This document shows positions 24,850 to 35,895 of a stretch of DNA of 64,000 nucleotides, piece after piece. This stretch comes from Mustelus asterias (Eukaryota): the NCBI RefSeq assembly GCF_964213995.1, contig NW_027590192.1, positions 496,001 through 560,000 on the forward strand. The letters are read 5' to 3'. A program made the position numbers and the translations under genes. The stretch's first letter is position 1, and every line of letters begins with the position of its first letter. Under the pieces are notes generated by a model that was given only the letters and a program-made list of their open reading frames with translations, ran no database searches and had not been told where the DNA came from.

Positions 24850-25740
24850 AATAAAATATTGGTTCAGCTTCAACTGGAGCATTGTGGCCAACTCCGGATA
24901 GATCGCTATAGGAAGGAGGTGAAGACATTGTAGAGGATGCAGAAAAAATTTATGAGACTGGTTCCAGGGATGAGAAACTTCAGTTATGAGGGTAGATCGG
25001 CAAAGCTGGGGCTGATCTCTATAGAGAAGAGGAGGTTCGATAGAAATATTCAAAATCAAGAGGGATTTGGACAGAGTAGATCGGAAGAAACTATTCTGAT
25101 TGGCAAAAAGGTCAAGAAGCAGAGGACACAGATTAAAGGTGATTTGTGAAATAAGCAATGGTGATTTGAGGAAATCCTGTTTCCAGAGTGAGTGGTTAGA
25201 ACCCGGCGTGCACTGACCCAGTGTGGGGAGGAGGAAGGTTCAAACAAGATTTCAAAACACAACTCGATAATTATCTGAAGAGAAAAAAAAATGTTCAGGA
25301 TTACGAGAGAAAGACTGTGCACTGGCCGAGGGAGAGGCCGGGGAGGGATCGAGGGAAAGGACGGGAGTGACCGAGGGAGAGGCCGGGGAGTGACCGAGGG
25401 AAAGGACGGGGAGGGATCGAGGGAGAGGCCGTGCACTGACCGAGGGAGAGGCCGGGGAGTGACCGAGGGAGAGGCCGTGCACTGACCGAAGGAGAGGCCA
25501 GGGAGGGATCGAGGGTGAGGCCGGGGAGTGACCGAGGGAGAGGCCGGGGAGTGACCGAGGGAGAGTCCAGGGAGGGATCGAGGGAGAGGCCAGGGAGGGA
25601 GTGAGGGTGAGGCCGGGGTGTGACCGAGGGAGAGGCCGGGGAGTGGGACTGGGTGTGTCACTCTCTCAGAAAGCTGGTGTGGGTGTGAACACGATGGGCT
25701 GAATGACCTCTTTGTTTGCTGTCATCGTTCTCTAATTGTA
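24850..25740 (+). mobile_element. CR1 3' fragment with internal minisatellite
   Basis: ORF 24937 (QKKFMRLVPGMRNFSYE); tail GATGGGCTGAATGACCTC. Confidence 0.7.
25318..25650. repeat. G-rich minisatellite, about 24-bp unit (GGGAGTGACCGAGGGAGAGGCCGG)
   Basis: Direct reading; about 13 variant units. Confidence 0.9.
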
Positions 25741-25994
25741 GTGAAGGCTCTGAGGAAAAGGGACTAACTGGCAGCTCCTTCAGAGATGATCCTGGCCCTG
25801 CAATGCAGCTGTACATCGACAGGACACAGTCACAGTGGTCATGCTGAGTATATCCCTCATCGAGGAGACCACTGTGGAATTCTGCAGCCTCTCTATTTAA
25901 ATAAAATGCTGATTTTTTATTCTTCCCAACAATGCGGATAACCTTTTTCCCCAAATTATACTTTATCATTCCAACGTTCCCATCTACTTACCCT

Positions 25995-26185
25995 ATAGTG
26001 TGATGTATTTTCAGGCTGTGTAACTGGTTAAAGCTCTTTCCACACTCAGTTCACTGGAACACTCTCACTCGGGTGTGTGTGTGTCTCAGTGTCTCCAGTC
26101 ACAATTATATCTGAAATCTTATCCCATGGACAGAATAGATGTAACATTGCTCCTTCCACATTCAAAGGCCAGTGATGTTCAGGGC
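25995..26185 (-). pseudogene. Orphan ZNF 5' leader (dead fingers) without a finger array
   Basis: Matches 18715-18880 and 44075-44260. Confidence 0.75.
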
Positions 26186-26962
26186 TGTTACGGGGTTTCT
26201 TTCAGAGACAAAGTATTGCCAAAACTTTAGCTAATACAAAGACTTGTGACACAGCATCCTGGTGAAAGGCATTTTTATTGACCAATGCGAGACAAAACAC
26301 CTGGAAAATGTGTACAAGGAAGGCCCGAGATGGCACGGGTGGATAGTATCAGAATGTGGACCGGCCTCTCGATGGGACAGGCAGTGAGAGCAGCTGAGAA
26401 ATCAGTGGAGAAAGATTGTTCAGAGTGCGGCCAACCCTCAGAACGAGGACGGATGAACGACAAGACACCTGTAGTGGGAGGAAAAAGACTATTTACTATC
26501 CAGGATAAAGTTAATGTACTCTATAGAAACTCGGAGCAGGCTATTCGAGTCTGCTCCACCATTCAATATGATCATGGCTGATCCTCAATCTCAATACCAT
26601 ATTCTCCCCACACCGCTTGAAGCCATTAAAATCTAAAACAAAATCTATCTCTTCCTTGAACATATTCAGTGATTGGGATCCCACAGCCGTCTGTGGTGGA
26701 GAATTCCACAAGTTCACTACCCTTTGAGTTAAGAATTTTTTCCTCATCTCAGTCTCATCTGACATCTGTTTTTGTGGATCATTTCAGTGGAAATGTGCCC
26801 TCGTTCAAATGGAATCAGCCACTGGAATGAAAATTGAGAGACTGGCCAGTCCAGCAGCAAGAAACCCTCTGACCCCCCCACTTCACCATCTGTCAGAATG
26901 AACATGGTTCAGTCCCGGATGTGATTAACAGCAGCAATAAGAGCAGAATACAACCCCAGTCA

Positions 26963-27895
26963 TCACTTGTGAACTCGCTGGTGTCTCAGCAGGTGGGATG
27001 ACTGAGTGAATCCCTTCCCACAGTCAGAGCAGGTGAATGGTCTCTCCCCAGTGTGAACTCGCTGGTGTGTCTGCAGGTTCGATGACCGATTGAATCCCTT
27101 CCCACACTGAGAGCAGGTAAATGGCTTCTCCCCAGTGTGAACCCGCTGGTGTGTCAGCAGGGTAGGTAAATCACTGAATCGCTTCTCACACTCCGAGCAG
27201 GTGAAAGGCCTCTCCCTGTCCCCGCTGTGAATTTGCTGGTGTCTCAGCAGATTGGCTAACTGACTGAATCCCCTCCCACAATTGGAGCAGGTGAACGGCC
27301 TCTCCCCAGTGTGAACTCGTTGGTGTGTCAGCAGGGTGGAGGAATCTCCAAATCCTTTCCCTCACACGGAGCAGATGAATGGCCTCTCCCCAGTGTGAAC
27401 TCGGTGATGTGCCAGCAGGTCAGATGAATCTCTGAATCCTTTCCCACACTCTGAGCAGGTGAATGGTCTCTCCCCAGTGTGAACGCGATGGTGTCTCTGC
27501 AGACTGGATAACCGAGTGAATCCCTTCCCACACTCAGAACAAGTGAACAGCCTCTCCTTGGTGTGAACTTGCTGGTGTACCAGCAGGGTGGATGAATCTC
27601 TGCATCTTTTTCCACACACTGAGCAGGTGAATGGTCTCTCCCCAGAGTGAACTCGACGGTGTCTCACTAGATTGGATGAAATACTAAATTTCTTCCCACA
27701 ATCAGAGCAGGTGAATGGCCTCTCCCCAGTGTGAACTCGCTGGTGTGTGAGCAGGTCTGATGAATTAGTAAATCTCTTCCCACACTGATAGCAGGTGAAT
27801 GGCCTCTCCCCAGTGTGACTGCGTCGATGTGTTTCCAGCTCAGATGGGGATCTGAATCCCTTTCCACAATCCCCACATTTCCACGGTTTTCCCAT
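26963..27895 (-). pseudogene. 11-finger C2H2 ZNF with one in-frame TGA (27362-27364)
   Basis: MGKPWKC start; the frame stays open after the TGA through 4 more fingers to HK-TGA-TGA. Confidence 0.8.
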
Positions 27896-28339
27896 GGTGT
27901 GAGTGTCTGCGTCTTGGTGCTTTTCCTGTCACTCTGATGGTAAAATGGGCGATGATTTTCCCCGTCCGAACGAGTGACTCTGTCAGAGCTTGACGTGAAG
28001 TTTCGTTTGAGATTTCTTCTGGCAAATCCTCCCCTTTTAATATCCTGTAAAAGGAGTTTACAAATGTCATCACAGTCAGTACAGCTCAGAAACTGAGAAC
28101 AGACAATTCTAGTTGCTGTGGAACACTCTTTCCTCACTGGTTTAGAGTGAATAATGAATTTGAAACATCATTGCGAGCCAGCAAATCAATCAAAATGCTC
28201 ACAAAGGAGTGGAATTTATCTCCAGATGGACGGAAATCAGAAATAGTGAAATTATCTTCAATTCGGACAGAATTTTAAGAATCCGTGGAACCCCTACAGT
28301 GCAGAAAGAGACTATTCAGCCCATCAAATCTGCATCGAT

Positions 28340-28520
28340 GATTCAGATGAATGAACATGGTTCAATCTTGAATGTGATTAACAGCAGCAAAACAGCAAAA
28401 TCCAATCCCTGTAACCACTTGTGAACTCGCTGGTGTCTCAGCAGGTGGATGACTGACTGAATCCCTTCCCACACACAATGCAGGTGAACAGCCTCCCCCC
28501 AGTGTGAACTCGCTGGTGAA
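28340..28520 (-). pseudogene. Single terminal finger plus family 3' element
   Basis: [30 protein letters not shown]. Confidence 0.75.
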
Positions 28521-29353
28521 TCACACCAGTCCCAGAGCCATGGAACCTCTCTCAGACAACAGAGCAAAGCACTAAAAACTCTAAACTGTAGATGAATGCA
28601 CAATAATACTCACCTCTGGAACAATTTCACTGTTCTCAAATTTAAAACCTCCTGCTGGAACCTGCAGCTGGAAAGATGCCAGAAGCACTGGAGTCGGAGA
28701 ACAATTGCAGTCTTCAAATCTTCTAATTCCCTGCGAATGGAGATTACAAGAGTCATGTGTCAACAGTGGTTAGAGATTAAGAGATAAATATTTTTCTTGG
28801 TTTGAGATTGCTGTGTATAAATCCTCCCCTTCTAACCGTAAAAGGAGTTTCCAAAATCCATTAGTTAGTCCAGAATATAAATTCATAACATCCTCTCCTT
28901 CTGTTTCCTAGCATAGGATTATTTAAGATTGAAATGCTGACATAGGTTGCAGTTCAGACAAGATCCACTAAGATAATTCCTGGCATAAAGAAGTTTGTTT
29001 ATTAAGGAAAGGTTAACAGGGTGCGTCGATACTCATTGGATTTTAGATAAATGAGAGGAGATCTAACTGAAGCATATATGATTCTGAGGGTGCTTGATAG
29101 GGTAAGTGCTGAAAGAATGTTTCCCCTCAAAAGGGAATCAAAAATTGGAGGGACAGTTTAAAAAAAGGGACAGAGATGAGGAGCAATTGCATCTCTCAGA
29201 TGGCCAGTAGCCCATGGAGTTCTCTCCCCCAGTGGGCAGTGGAGACTGGTCATTGAGTATATTCAAGGCTGTGTTTGCACCGGGAGTTTCACCTCCAAGG
29301 GAGTTAAGGGTGAGAGAGGCTGGAGGAAAACTGAGTTATGACAATGAGCATAT

Positions 29354-29440
29354 GAGCTCTGACGAAGGGTCATCCAGACTTGAAACTTTAGCTCTATTCT
29401 CTCTCCACAGATGCTGTTACACCTGAGATTTTCCAGCATC
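29354..29440 (+). ncRNA. Hammerhead motif in a Penelope pLTR fragment, inserted in a CR1 tail
   Basis: GAGCT-CTGACGA-A-GGGTC-ATCCA-GACTT-GAAA-CTTT-AGCTC. Confidence 0.65.
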
Positions 29441-29639
29441 TTGTTGATCAGATGAGCCATGAGTTTATTGAATCGCAGAGCAACCTTGATGGGTCGAATG
29501 GCCTCCTCATGCTCCTAATTCTGATGATATTTTCTTCTGTTATTCGGGTGGCCGCACATTCGCCCTGCAGCACCTTCCCTCTCTGAAGAGAGCACCAATT
29601 AACCCGCCCTGTCAGTCAGTGAGTCAAACCTTTCCTCTC

Positions 29640-30035
29640 CTGGTCACCGGGACCCTGAAGCACCGCCGACTGATTGCGCATGCGCTCTGCTCCCCGCTGA
29701 ACAAAGATGGCGGCCGCGGCACTGGGCCTGATCCCGGATAAAATCCCCGCAGCTGCAAACCCGGGACCCGCAGGCTCTTATTCGGACCTTGCGGCCTACA
29801 GCAGGTGTTTGTGAAGCCTCCACTCCCTCCCCACCCTGACTCCCGGCTTCATTCTTCCCTCCGCCCCACACACTCTCACCCGTTGAAAAAAGCGACTCCC
29901 GCACTCGCAGGGCTCCGAGCAAAGTGATAATGCGCATGCTCCACATACAACATCGCGCATGCGCATTGGCTCCTGTGGAGTGAATAGGGTACTTTCACAC
30001 CCGCAAGGAATGGTGGTTAACAGCAGCGCCATTGT
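29640..30035. promoter_or_regulatory. CpG promoter P3
   Basis: TGCGCATGCGC, CGCGCATGCGCA, AAAGATGGCGGC (YY1) and ATTGG. Confidence 0.7.
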
Positions 30036-30409
30036 AACCTCAAACAGTGAATATAAAATAACATTGTTGGCGATTGAGATAAATTAATTTTTAAAAACGC
30101 AAATTATTGCGAATTGATGATCTGCTATGTTAAATTTCTCAAAGTCCTCCTGTGGGACTACACAGAAATTTAGAAGCTTTAACACTGTCTCCTCTCTTTC
30201 CCCTTCCCTGATGGTGCTGACTCTGGCTGGATTCAATCGCACAGTCACTGGTTCCTCTCGTTCTGTCTCTTCCTGATTCTGAATATTCATTGTTTTACAG
30301 AATGATACAGCACAGATGGAAACCATTTAGCTCAGTATGCCTGTGCTGGCCTTTGGAAGATCTATCCAATAAATTCCATAGCCCTGTTGGCAAAGTCAGA
30401 ACAATAAGA

Positions 30410-30957
30410 CCCCGTTTGGAATACTGTGTGCAATTCTGGTCACCCTATTATAGAAAGGATGTTATTAAACTAGAAAGAGTGCAGAAAAGATTTACTCGGA
30501 TGCTACAGGGACTTGATGGATTGAGTTATAAGGAGAGGCTGGATAGATGGGACTTTTTTCTCTGGAGCATAGGAGGCTGAGGGGTGATCTTATCGAGGTC
30601 TATAAAATAATGAGGGGCACATATCAGCTAGATAGTCAATATCTTTTCCCAAAGGTAGGGGAGTCTCAAACTAGAGGGCATAGGTTTAATGTGAGAGAGG
30701 AGAGATACAAAAGTGTCCAGAGGGGCAATCATTTCACACAGAGGGTGGTGAGTGTCTGGAACAAGCTGCCAGAGGTAGTAGTAGAGGCGGGTACAATTTT
30801 GTCTTTGCATTTAGATAGTTACATGGGTACAATGTGTATAGAGGGATATGGGCCAAATGTGGGCAATTGGGATTAGCTTAGGGGTTTAAAAAAAAAGGGC
30901 GGCATGGACAAGTTGGGCCAAAGGGCCTGTTTCCAGGCTGTAAACCTCTATGACTCA
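30410..30957 (+). mobile_element. 5'-truncated CR1
   Basis: RPRLEYCVQFWSPYYRKD motif; CTCTATGACT tail. Confidence 0.88.
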
Positions 30958-31671
30958 AATATATATATGCTCTCATGAACTGAGAGCTTAATGGAAAAGG
31001 TATTCCAGGTTGATACATCTCAGACACATTCACCTGTGTGCAAAGATTGATTGTCCCGTTTATTAAGCATATATTAAATGCTCACTGGAGTGAAACGCAC
31101 AGAGTACCTGTTAGAATTTAATTGGATGATTCTACAGACTGGACAAGCCATGGTAACATTGTGAATAAAGGGAGTGCTCCTGGTGTTAAAGAGTAGACAA
31201 ATTGTGAGATTACAAAGTAAAGACATTAATATCCTGAAACTTCACAATTATCACTAGGCTGGGATATTGAAGCATTAAAGAATCCCACATACCTCTCAGA
31301 AGAAAGAGACAAAGTCCAATCCTGTTAAAGTCATATCCCTGTTTGACTATTAGAGTTCGTAGATTGATCTGGGTTTTATGAATCAGGTCCATGTCAGTCT
31401 GGTGCTGTGTCGTTGATTTCCAGTGACAGTATGTGGCATCCTGCTTAAATTGGCACCACAATATTTAGCCCAGAAATCTGAGGACATCATCAATACAGCC
31501 CATTACTGATAGAATCACCAATTATTCTGAAAGTTTCATTAGTTGGACCTCCTTCACTGGAAACAGCTTAGAACATAGAACATAGAACATAGAACATTAC
31601 AGCGCAGAACAGGCCCTTCGGCCCACGATGTTGCACCGACCAGTTAAAAAAAAAAACTGTGACCCTCCAAC

Positions 31672-34491
31672 CTAAACCAATTTCTTTTCGTCCATGAACC
31701 TATCTACGGATCTCTTAAACGCCCCCAAACTAGGCGCATTTACTACTGATGCTGGCAGGGCATTCCAATCCCTCACCACCCTCTGGGTAAAGAACCTACC
31801 CCTGACATCGGTTCTATAACTACCCCCCCTCAATTTAAAGCCATGCCCCCTCGTGCTGGATTTCTCCATCAGAGGAAAAAGGCTATCACTATCCACCCTA
31901 TCTAAACCTCTAATCATCTTATATGTTTCAATAAGATCCCCTCTTAGCCGCCGCCTTTCCAGCGAAAACAATCCCAAATCCCTCAGCCTCTCCTCATAGG
32001 ATCTCCCCTCCATACCAGGCAACATCCTGGTAAACCTCCTCTGCACCCTCTCCAAAGCCTCCACATCCTTCCTGTAATGTGGGGACCAGAACTGCACACA
32101 GTACTCCAAGTGCGGCCGCACCAGAGTTGTGTACAGTTGCAACATAACGCTACGACTCCTAAATTCAATCCCCCTACCAATAAACGCCAAGACACCATAT
32201 GCCTTCTTAACAACCTTATCTACTTGATTCCCAACTTTCAGGGATCTATGCACACATACACCTAGATCCCTCTGCTCCTCCACACTATTCAAAGTCCTCC
32301 CGTTAGCCCTATACTCAACACATCTGTTATTCCTACCAAAGTGAATTACCTCACACTTCTCCGCATTAAACTCCATCCGCCACCTCTCGGCCCAACTTTG
32401 CAACCTGTCTAAGTCTTCCTGCAAACTACGACACCCTTCCTCACTGTCTACCACACCACCGACTTTGGTGTCATCAGCAAATTTGCTAATCCACCCAACT
32501 ATACCCTCATCCAGATCATTAATAAATATTACAAACAGCAGTGGCCCCAAAACAGATCCCTGAGGTACACCACTTGTAACCGCACTCCATGATGAATATT
32601 TACTATCAACCACCACCCTCTGTTTCCTATCCGCTAGCCAATTCCTGATCCAATTTCCTAGATCACCCCCAATCCCATACATCTGCATTTTCTGCAGAAG
32701 CCTACCATGGTGAACCTTATCAAACGCCTTACTAAAATCCATATATACCACGTCCACTGCCTTGCCCCCATCCACCTCCTTGGTCACTTTCTCAAAAAAC
32801 TCAATAAGGTTAGTAAGGCACGACCTACCTGCCACAAAACCATGCTGACTATCACCTATCAATTCATTACTCTCCAAATAACTATAAATCCTATCCCTTA
32901 TAATTTTTTCCAACATCTTGCCGACAACAGAAGTGAGACTCACCGGTCTATAATTCCCGGGGAAGTCTCTGTTCCCCTTCTTAAACAATGGGACAACATT
33001 CGCTAACCTCCAATCTTCTGGTACTATACCAGAGGCCAACGACGACCTGAAGATCAGAGCCAGAGGCTCTGCAATCACTTCTCTTGCCTCCCAGAGAATC
33101 CTTGGATAAATCCCATCCGGACCAGGGGATTTATCTATTTTCAGACCCTCCAGAATATCCTGCACATCCTCCTTATCAACTGTAATACTGTCTATTCTAC
33201 TCCCTTGCAACCCAGTGTCCTCCTCAGCTATATTCATGTCCCCTTGCGTGAACACCGAAGAGAAATATTGGTTCAATGCTTCACCAATCTCCTCCGGTTC
33301 CACACATAACTTCCCTCTGCCATCTATAACTGGCCCTAAACTTGCCCTAACCAACCTTCTGTTCTTGACATACCTATAGAACGCCTTAGGATTCTCTTTA
33401 ACCCTATCCGCCAAAGTCTTCTCATGTCCCCTTTTAGCCCTTCTAAGCTCGCTCTTCAACTCCCTCTTAGCCAATCTAAAGCTTTCTAGTGCACTACCCG
33501 AGTGCTCACGTCTCATCCGAACATAAGCCTCCTTTTTCTTTTTAACCAACAAAGAAACTTTTTTGGTGCACCACGGTTCCCTAGCCCTACCAATTCCTCC
33601 TTGCCTGACAGGGACATACCTATCACAGACTCGCAGTAGCTGCTCCTTGAAAAAACTCCACATGTCGGACGTTCCCAGTCCCTGTAATCTCCTAGTCCAA
33701 CCTATGTTTCCTAATTCTCTCCTAATAGCCTCATAATTACCCTTCCCCCAGCTAAAACCATTGGCCCGAGGTTCATGCCTATCCCTTTCCATCACTAAGG
33801 TGAACGTAACCGAATTGTGGTCACTATCACCAAAATGCACACCAACTTCCAAGTCTAGCACCTGGTCTGGCTCATTTCCCAGCACCAGATCCAATATAGC
33901 CTCACCTCTAGTTGGCCTGTCTACATACTGAGTCAAAAAACCTTCCTGCACGCTTTGAACAAAAACTGACCCCTCTAACGAGCTAGAGCTATAACAATTC
34001 CAGTCAATATTAGTCAAGTTAAAATCCCCCATAACAATTGCCCTATTACTTTCACTCCTAAGCAGGATTGACTCCGCAATCCTTTCCTCAACCTCTCTAG
34101 AACTTTTAGGAGGTCTATAAAAGACTCCCAACAGGGTGACCTCTCCTCTCCTATTTCTAATCTCCGCCCATACTACCTCAACAGATAAGTCCTCATCAAA
34201 CCTCCTCTCTGACACTGTGATACAATCTCTGACCAATAATGCTACCCCTCCCCCTCTTCTACCTCCTTCCCTACTTCGACTAAAACATTTGAACCCCGGG
34301 ACCTGCAGCATCCATTCCTGCCCCTGCTCTATCCATGTCTCTGAAATAGCCACAACATCGAAGTCCCAGGTACTGATCCACGCTGCAAGTTCACCCACTT
34401 TATTGCGAATACTCCTGGCATTGAAGTATACACATTTCAAACCCTGCTCCACCCCACCTCTGCAATGCCGTGCATTGCAGTCCCCATCCAT
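31672..34491 (-). CDS. CR1 ORF2: APE endonuclease plus reverse transcriptase
   Basis: YFNARS, ISETW, GDFN and SDH (APE); [12 protein letters not shown] and FADD (RT); 939 aa uninterrupted. Confidence 0.95.
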   Translation of the reverse strand: MDGDCNARHCRGGVEQGLKCVYFNARSIRNKVGELAAWISTWDFDVVAISETWIEQGQEWMLQVPGFKCFSRSREGGRRGGGVALLVRDCITVSERRFDEDLSVEVVWAEIRNRRGEVTLLGVFYRPPKSSREVEERIAESILLRSESNRAIVMGDFNLTNIDWNCYSSSSLEGSVFVQSVQEGFLTQYVDRPTRGEAILDLVLGNEPDQVLDLEVGVHFGDSDHNSVTFTLVMERDRHEPRANGFSWGKGNYEAIRRELGNIGWTRRLQGLGTSDMWSFFKEQLLRVCDRYVPVRQGGIGRAREPWCTKKVSLLVKKKKEAYVRMRREHSGSALESFRLAKRELKSELRRAKRGHEKTLADRVKENPKAFYRYVKNRRLVRASLGPVIDGRGKLCVEPEEIGEALNQYFSSVFTQGDMNIAEEDTGLQGSRIDSITVDKEDVQDILEGLKIDKSPGPDGIYPRILWEAREVIAEPLALIFRSSLASGIVPEDWRLANVVPLFKKGNRDFPGNYRPVSLTSVVGKMLEKIIRDRIYSYLESNELIGDSQHGFVAGRSCLTNLIEFFEKVTKEVDGGKAVDVVYMDFSKAFDKVHHGRLLQKMQMYGIGGDLGNWIRNWLADRKQRVVVDSKYSSWSAVTSGVPQGSVLGPLLFVIFINDLDEGIVGWISKFADDTKVGGVVDSEEGCRSLQEDLDRLQSWAERWRMEFNAEKCEVIHFGRNNRCVEYRANGRTLNSVEEQRDLGVCVHRSLKVGNQVDKVVKKAYGVLAFIGRGIEFRSRSVMLQLYTTLVRPHLEYCVQFWSPHYRKDVEALERVQRRFTRMLPGMEGRSYEERLRDLGLFSLERRRLRGDLIETYKMIRGLDRVDSDSLFPLMEKSSTRGHGFKLRGGSYRTDVRGRFFTQRVVRDWNALPASVVNAPSLGAFKRSVDRFMDEKKLV

Positions 34492-34542
34492 GCATCCCTC
34501 ACTTTCAGCCCCACTACTCAGGATCCCTCCCCCCCCCCCGAA

Positions 34543-35472
34543 TCAGTTTAAACCTCCCTGCATGGCCTTAGCAAATTTACCCCCCAGGATATTGGTCCCC
34601 TTCTGATTAAGGTGTAGACCATCCTTCTCATAGAGGTCACACCTTCCCCAGTACGAGCCCCAATTGCTTAAGTACCTGAACCCCGCCCTCCTGCACCATC
34701 CCCTCAGCCATGAATTCAAACCTTCCCTCTCCCTATTCCTCTCTAAACTATCCCGTGGTACAGGCAAGAGTCCAGAGATAACCACTCTGTCAGTCTTGGC
34801 CTTTAGTTTCCACCCCAACTCCATAAATCCCTGCCTAATATCCCCTTCCCCTATCCTCCCTATGTCGTGTGTCCCCACATGTACAATAACTTGTGGTTTA
34901 TCTCCCTCCCCCCTAAGAGTCCTGAATACCCTGTCAGACACATCCCGGACCCCAGCCCCTGGTAGGCAACACACCAACCCTGAGTCCCTACCTTTAGTTC
35001 CGACCCTCCTATCTGTCTCCTTAATTGTGGAGTCCCCAATCACAAGGCCCAGTCTTTTACAGCCCCTAACCACCTGAGCTTTCTCACTCGGCTCACCCCC
35101 AGAGATCTGCTCTCTATGCTCAGTTGATTCCTCCTCAACTGTAGCCTCCAGCACTGAAAACCTATTATGGAGGGGAACCGCCCCAGGGGATTGTCTTCCC
35201 GATTGCTTCTTACCCCTCCTCCTGGCATTGACCCAAGCCTCATTTCTAGGAGTTACTATTTCTCTATAACTCCTATCAACTTCCACCTCCGCCTCCCGAA
35301 TTATGCGGAGTTCCTCTACCTCCCCCTCCAGCTCCTTTACACGCTCCTCCAGAAGCTGCAATCTAATGCACTTCTTACAACTAAAATCTCCTGAAACACT
35401 ACTGGATTTCCTCACCACATACATCCCACAGGAGATGCAGCATACTGCCTGAACTGCCATCCCTGAAGCCAT
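34543..35472 (-). CDS. CR1 ORF1: zinc-finger/leucine zipper plus SGNH esterase
   Basis: CISC..CKKC followed by a coiled coil; VIGDS, HVGTHD and DGLHL motifs; ATG at 35472. Confidence 0.9.
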   Translation of the reverse strand: MASGMAVQAVCCISCGMYVVRKSSSVSGDFSCKKCIRLQLLEERVKELEGEVEELRIIREAEVEVDRSYREIVTPRNEAWVNARRRGKKQSGRQSPGAVPLHNRFSVLEATVEEESTEHREQISGGEPSEKAQVVRGCKRLGLVIGDSTIKETDRRVGTKGRDSGLVCCLPGAGVRDVSDRVFRTLRGEGDKPQVIVHVGTHDIGRIGEGDIRQGFMELGWKLKAKTDRVVISGLLPVPRDSLERNREREGLNSWLRGWCRRAGFRYLSNWGSYWGRCDLYEKDGLHLNQKGTNILGGKFAKAMQGGLN

Positions 35473-35520
35473 TACCAGCAAGAAAAAAAGAAAACAAAAA
35501 AAAAAACTTCCCCACACTTC

Positions 35521-35895
35521 CCCAACTGTCACTCTCCACTGCAGCCCGAGCAACACTCCCTCACTGAGACACCAACTGTCACACTCTACTGCAGCCCGAG
35601 CAGCACTCCCACACTGAGACACCAACTGTCACTCTCCACTGCAGCCCGAGCAACACTCCCTCACTGAGACACCAACTGTCACACTCTACTGCAGCCCGAG
35701 CAGCACTCCCTCACTGAGACACCAACTGTCACTCTCCACTGCAGCCCGAGCAGCACTCCCTCACTGAGACACCAACTGTCACTCTCCACTGCAGCCCGAG
35801 CAGCACTCCCTCACTGAGACACCAACTGTCACACTCTACTGCAGCCCGAGCAACACTCCCTCACTGAGACACCAACTGTCACTCTCCACTGCAGC
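35521..35895 (-). repeat. 50-bp tandem monomer array (about 7.5 copies) in the CR1 5' UTR
   Basis: CCAACTGTCACTCTCCACTGCAGCCCGAGCAACACTCCCTCACTGAGACA repeated with period 50. Confidence 0.95.

Larger units (their letters stand above)
31570..35891 (-). mobile_element. Full-length, apparently intact CR1 LINE
   Basis: ORF1 and ORF2 intact, (TTCTATG)n tail, CAGCTT direct repeat at 31564-31569 and 35892-35897. Confidence 0.95.

Noticed and set aside
25056-25661. 201-aa Pro/Ser-rich ORF
   Set aside because: Translation of the minisatellite and antisense CR1
26185-26525. Possible solo LTR (starts TGTTA, poly(A)-like signal on the minus strand)
   Set aside because: No terminal CA, TSD or second copy identifiable
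35521-35895. CRISPR-like array
   Set aside because: Pure 50-bp tandem repeat inside a LINE 5' UTR
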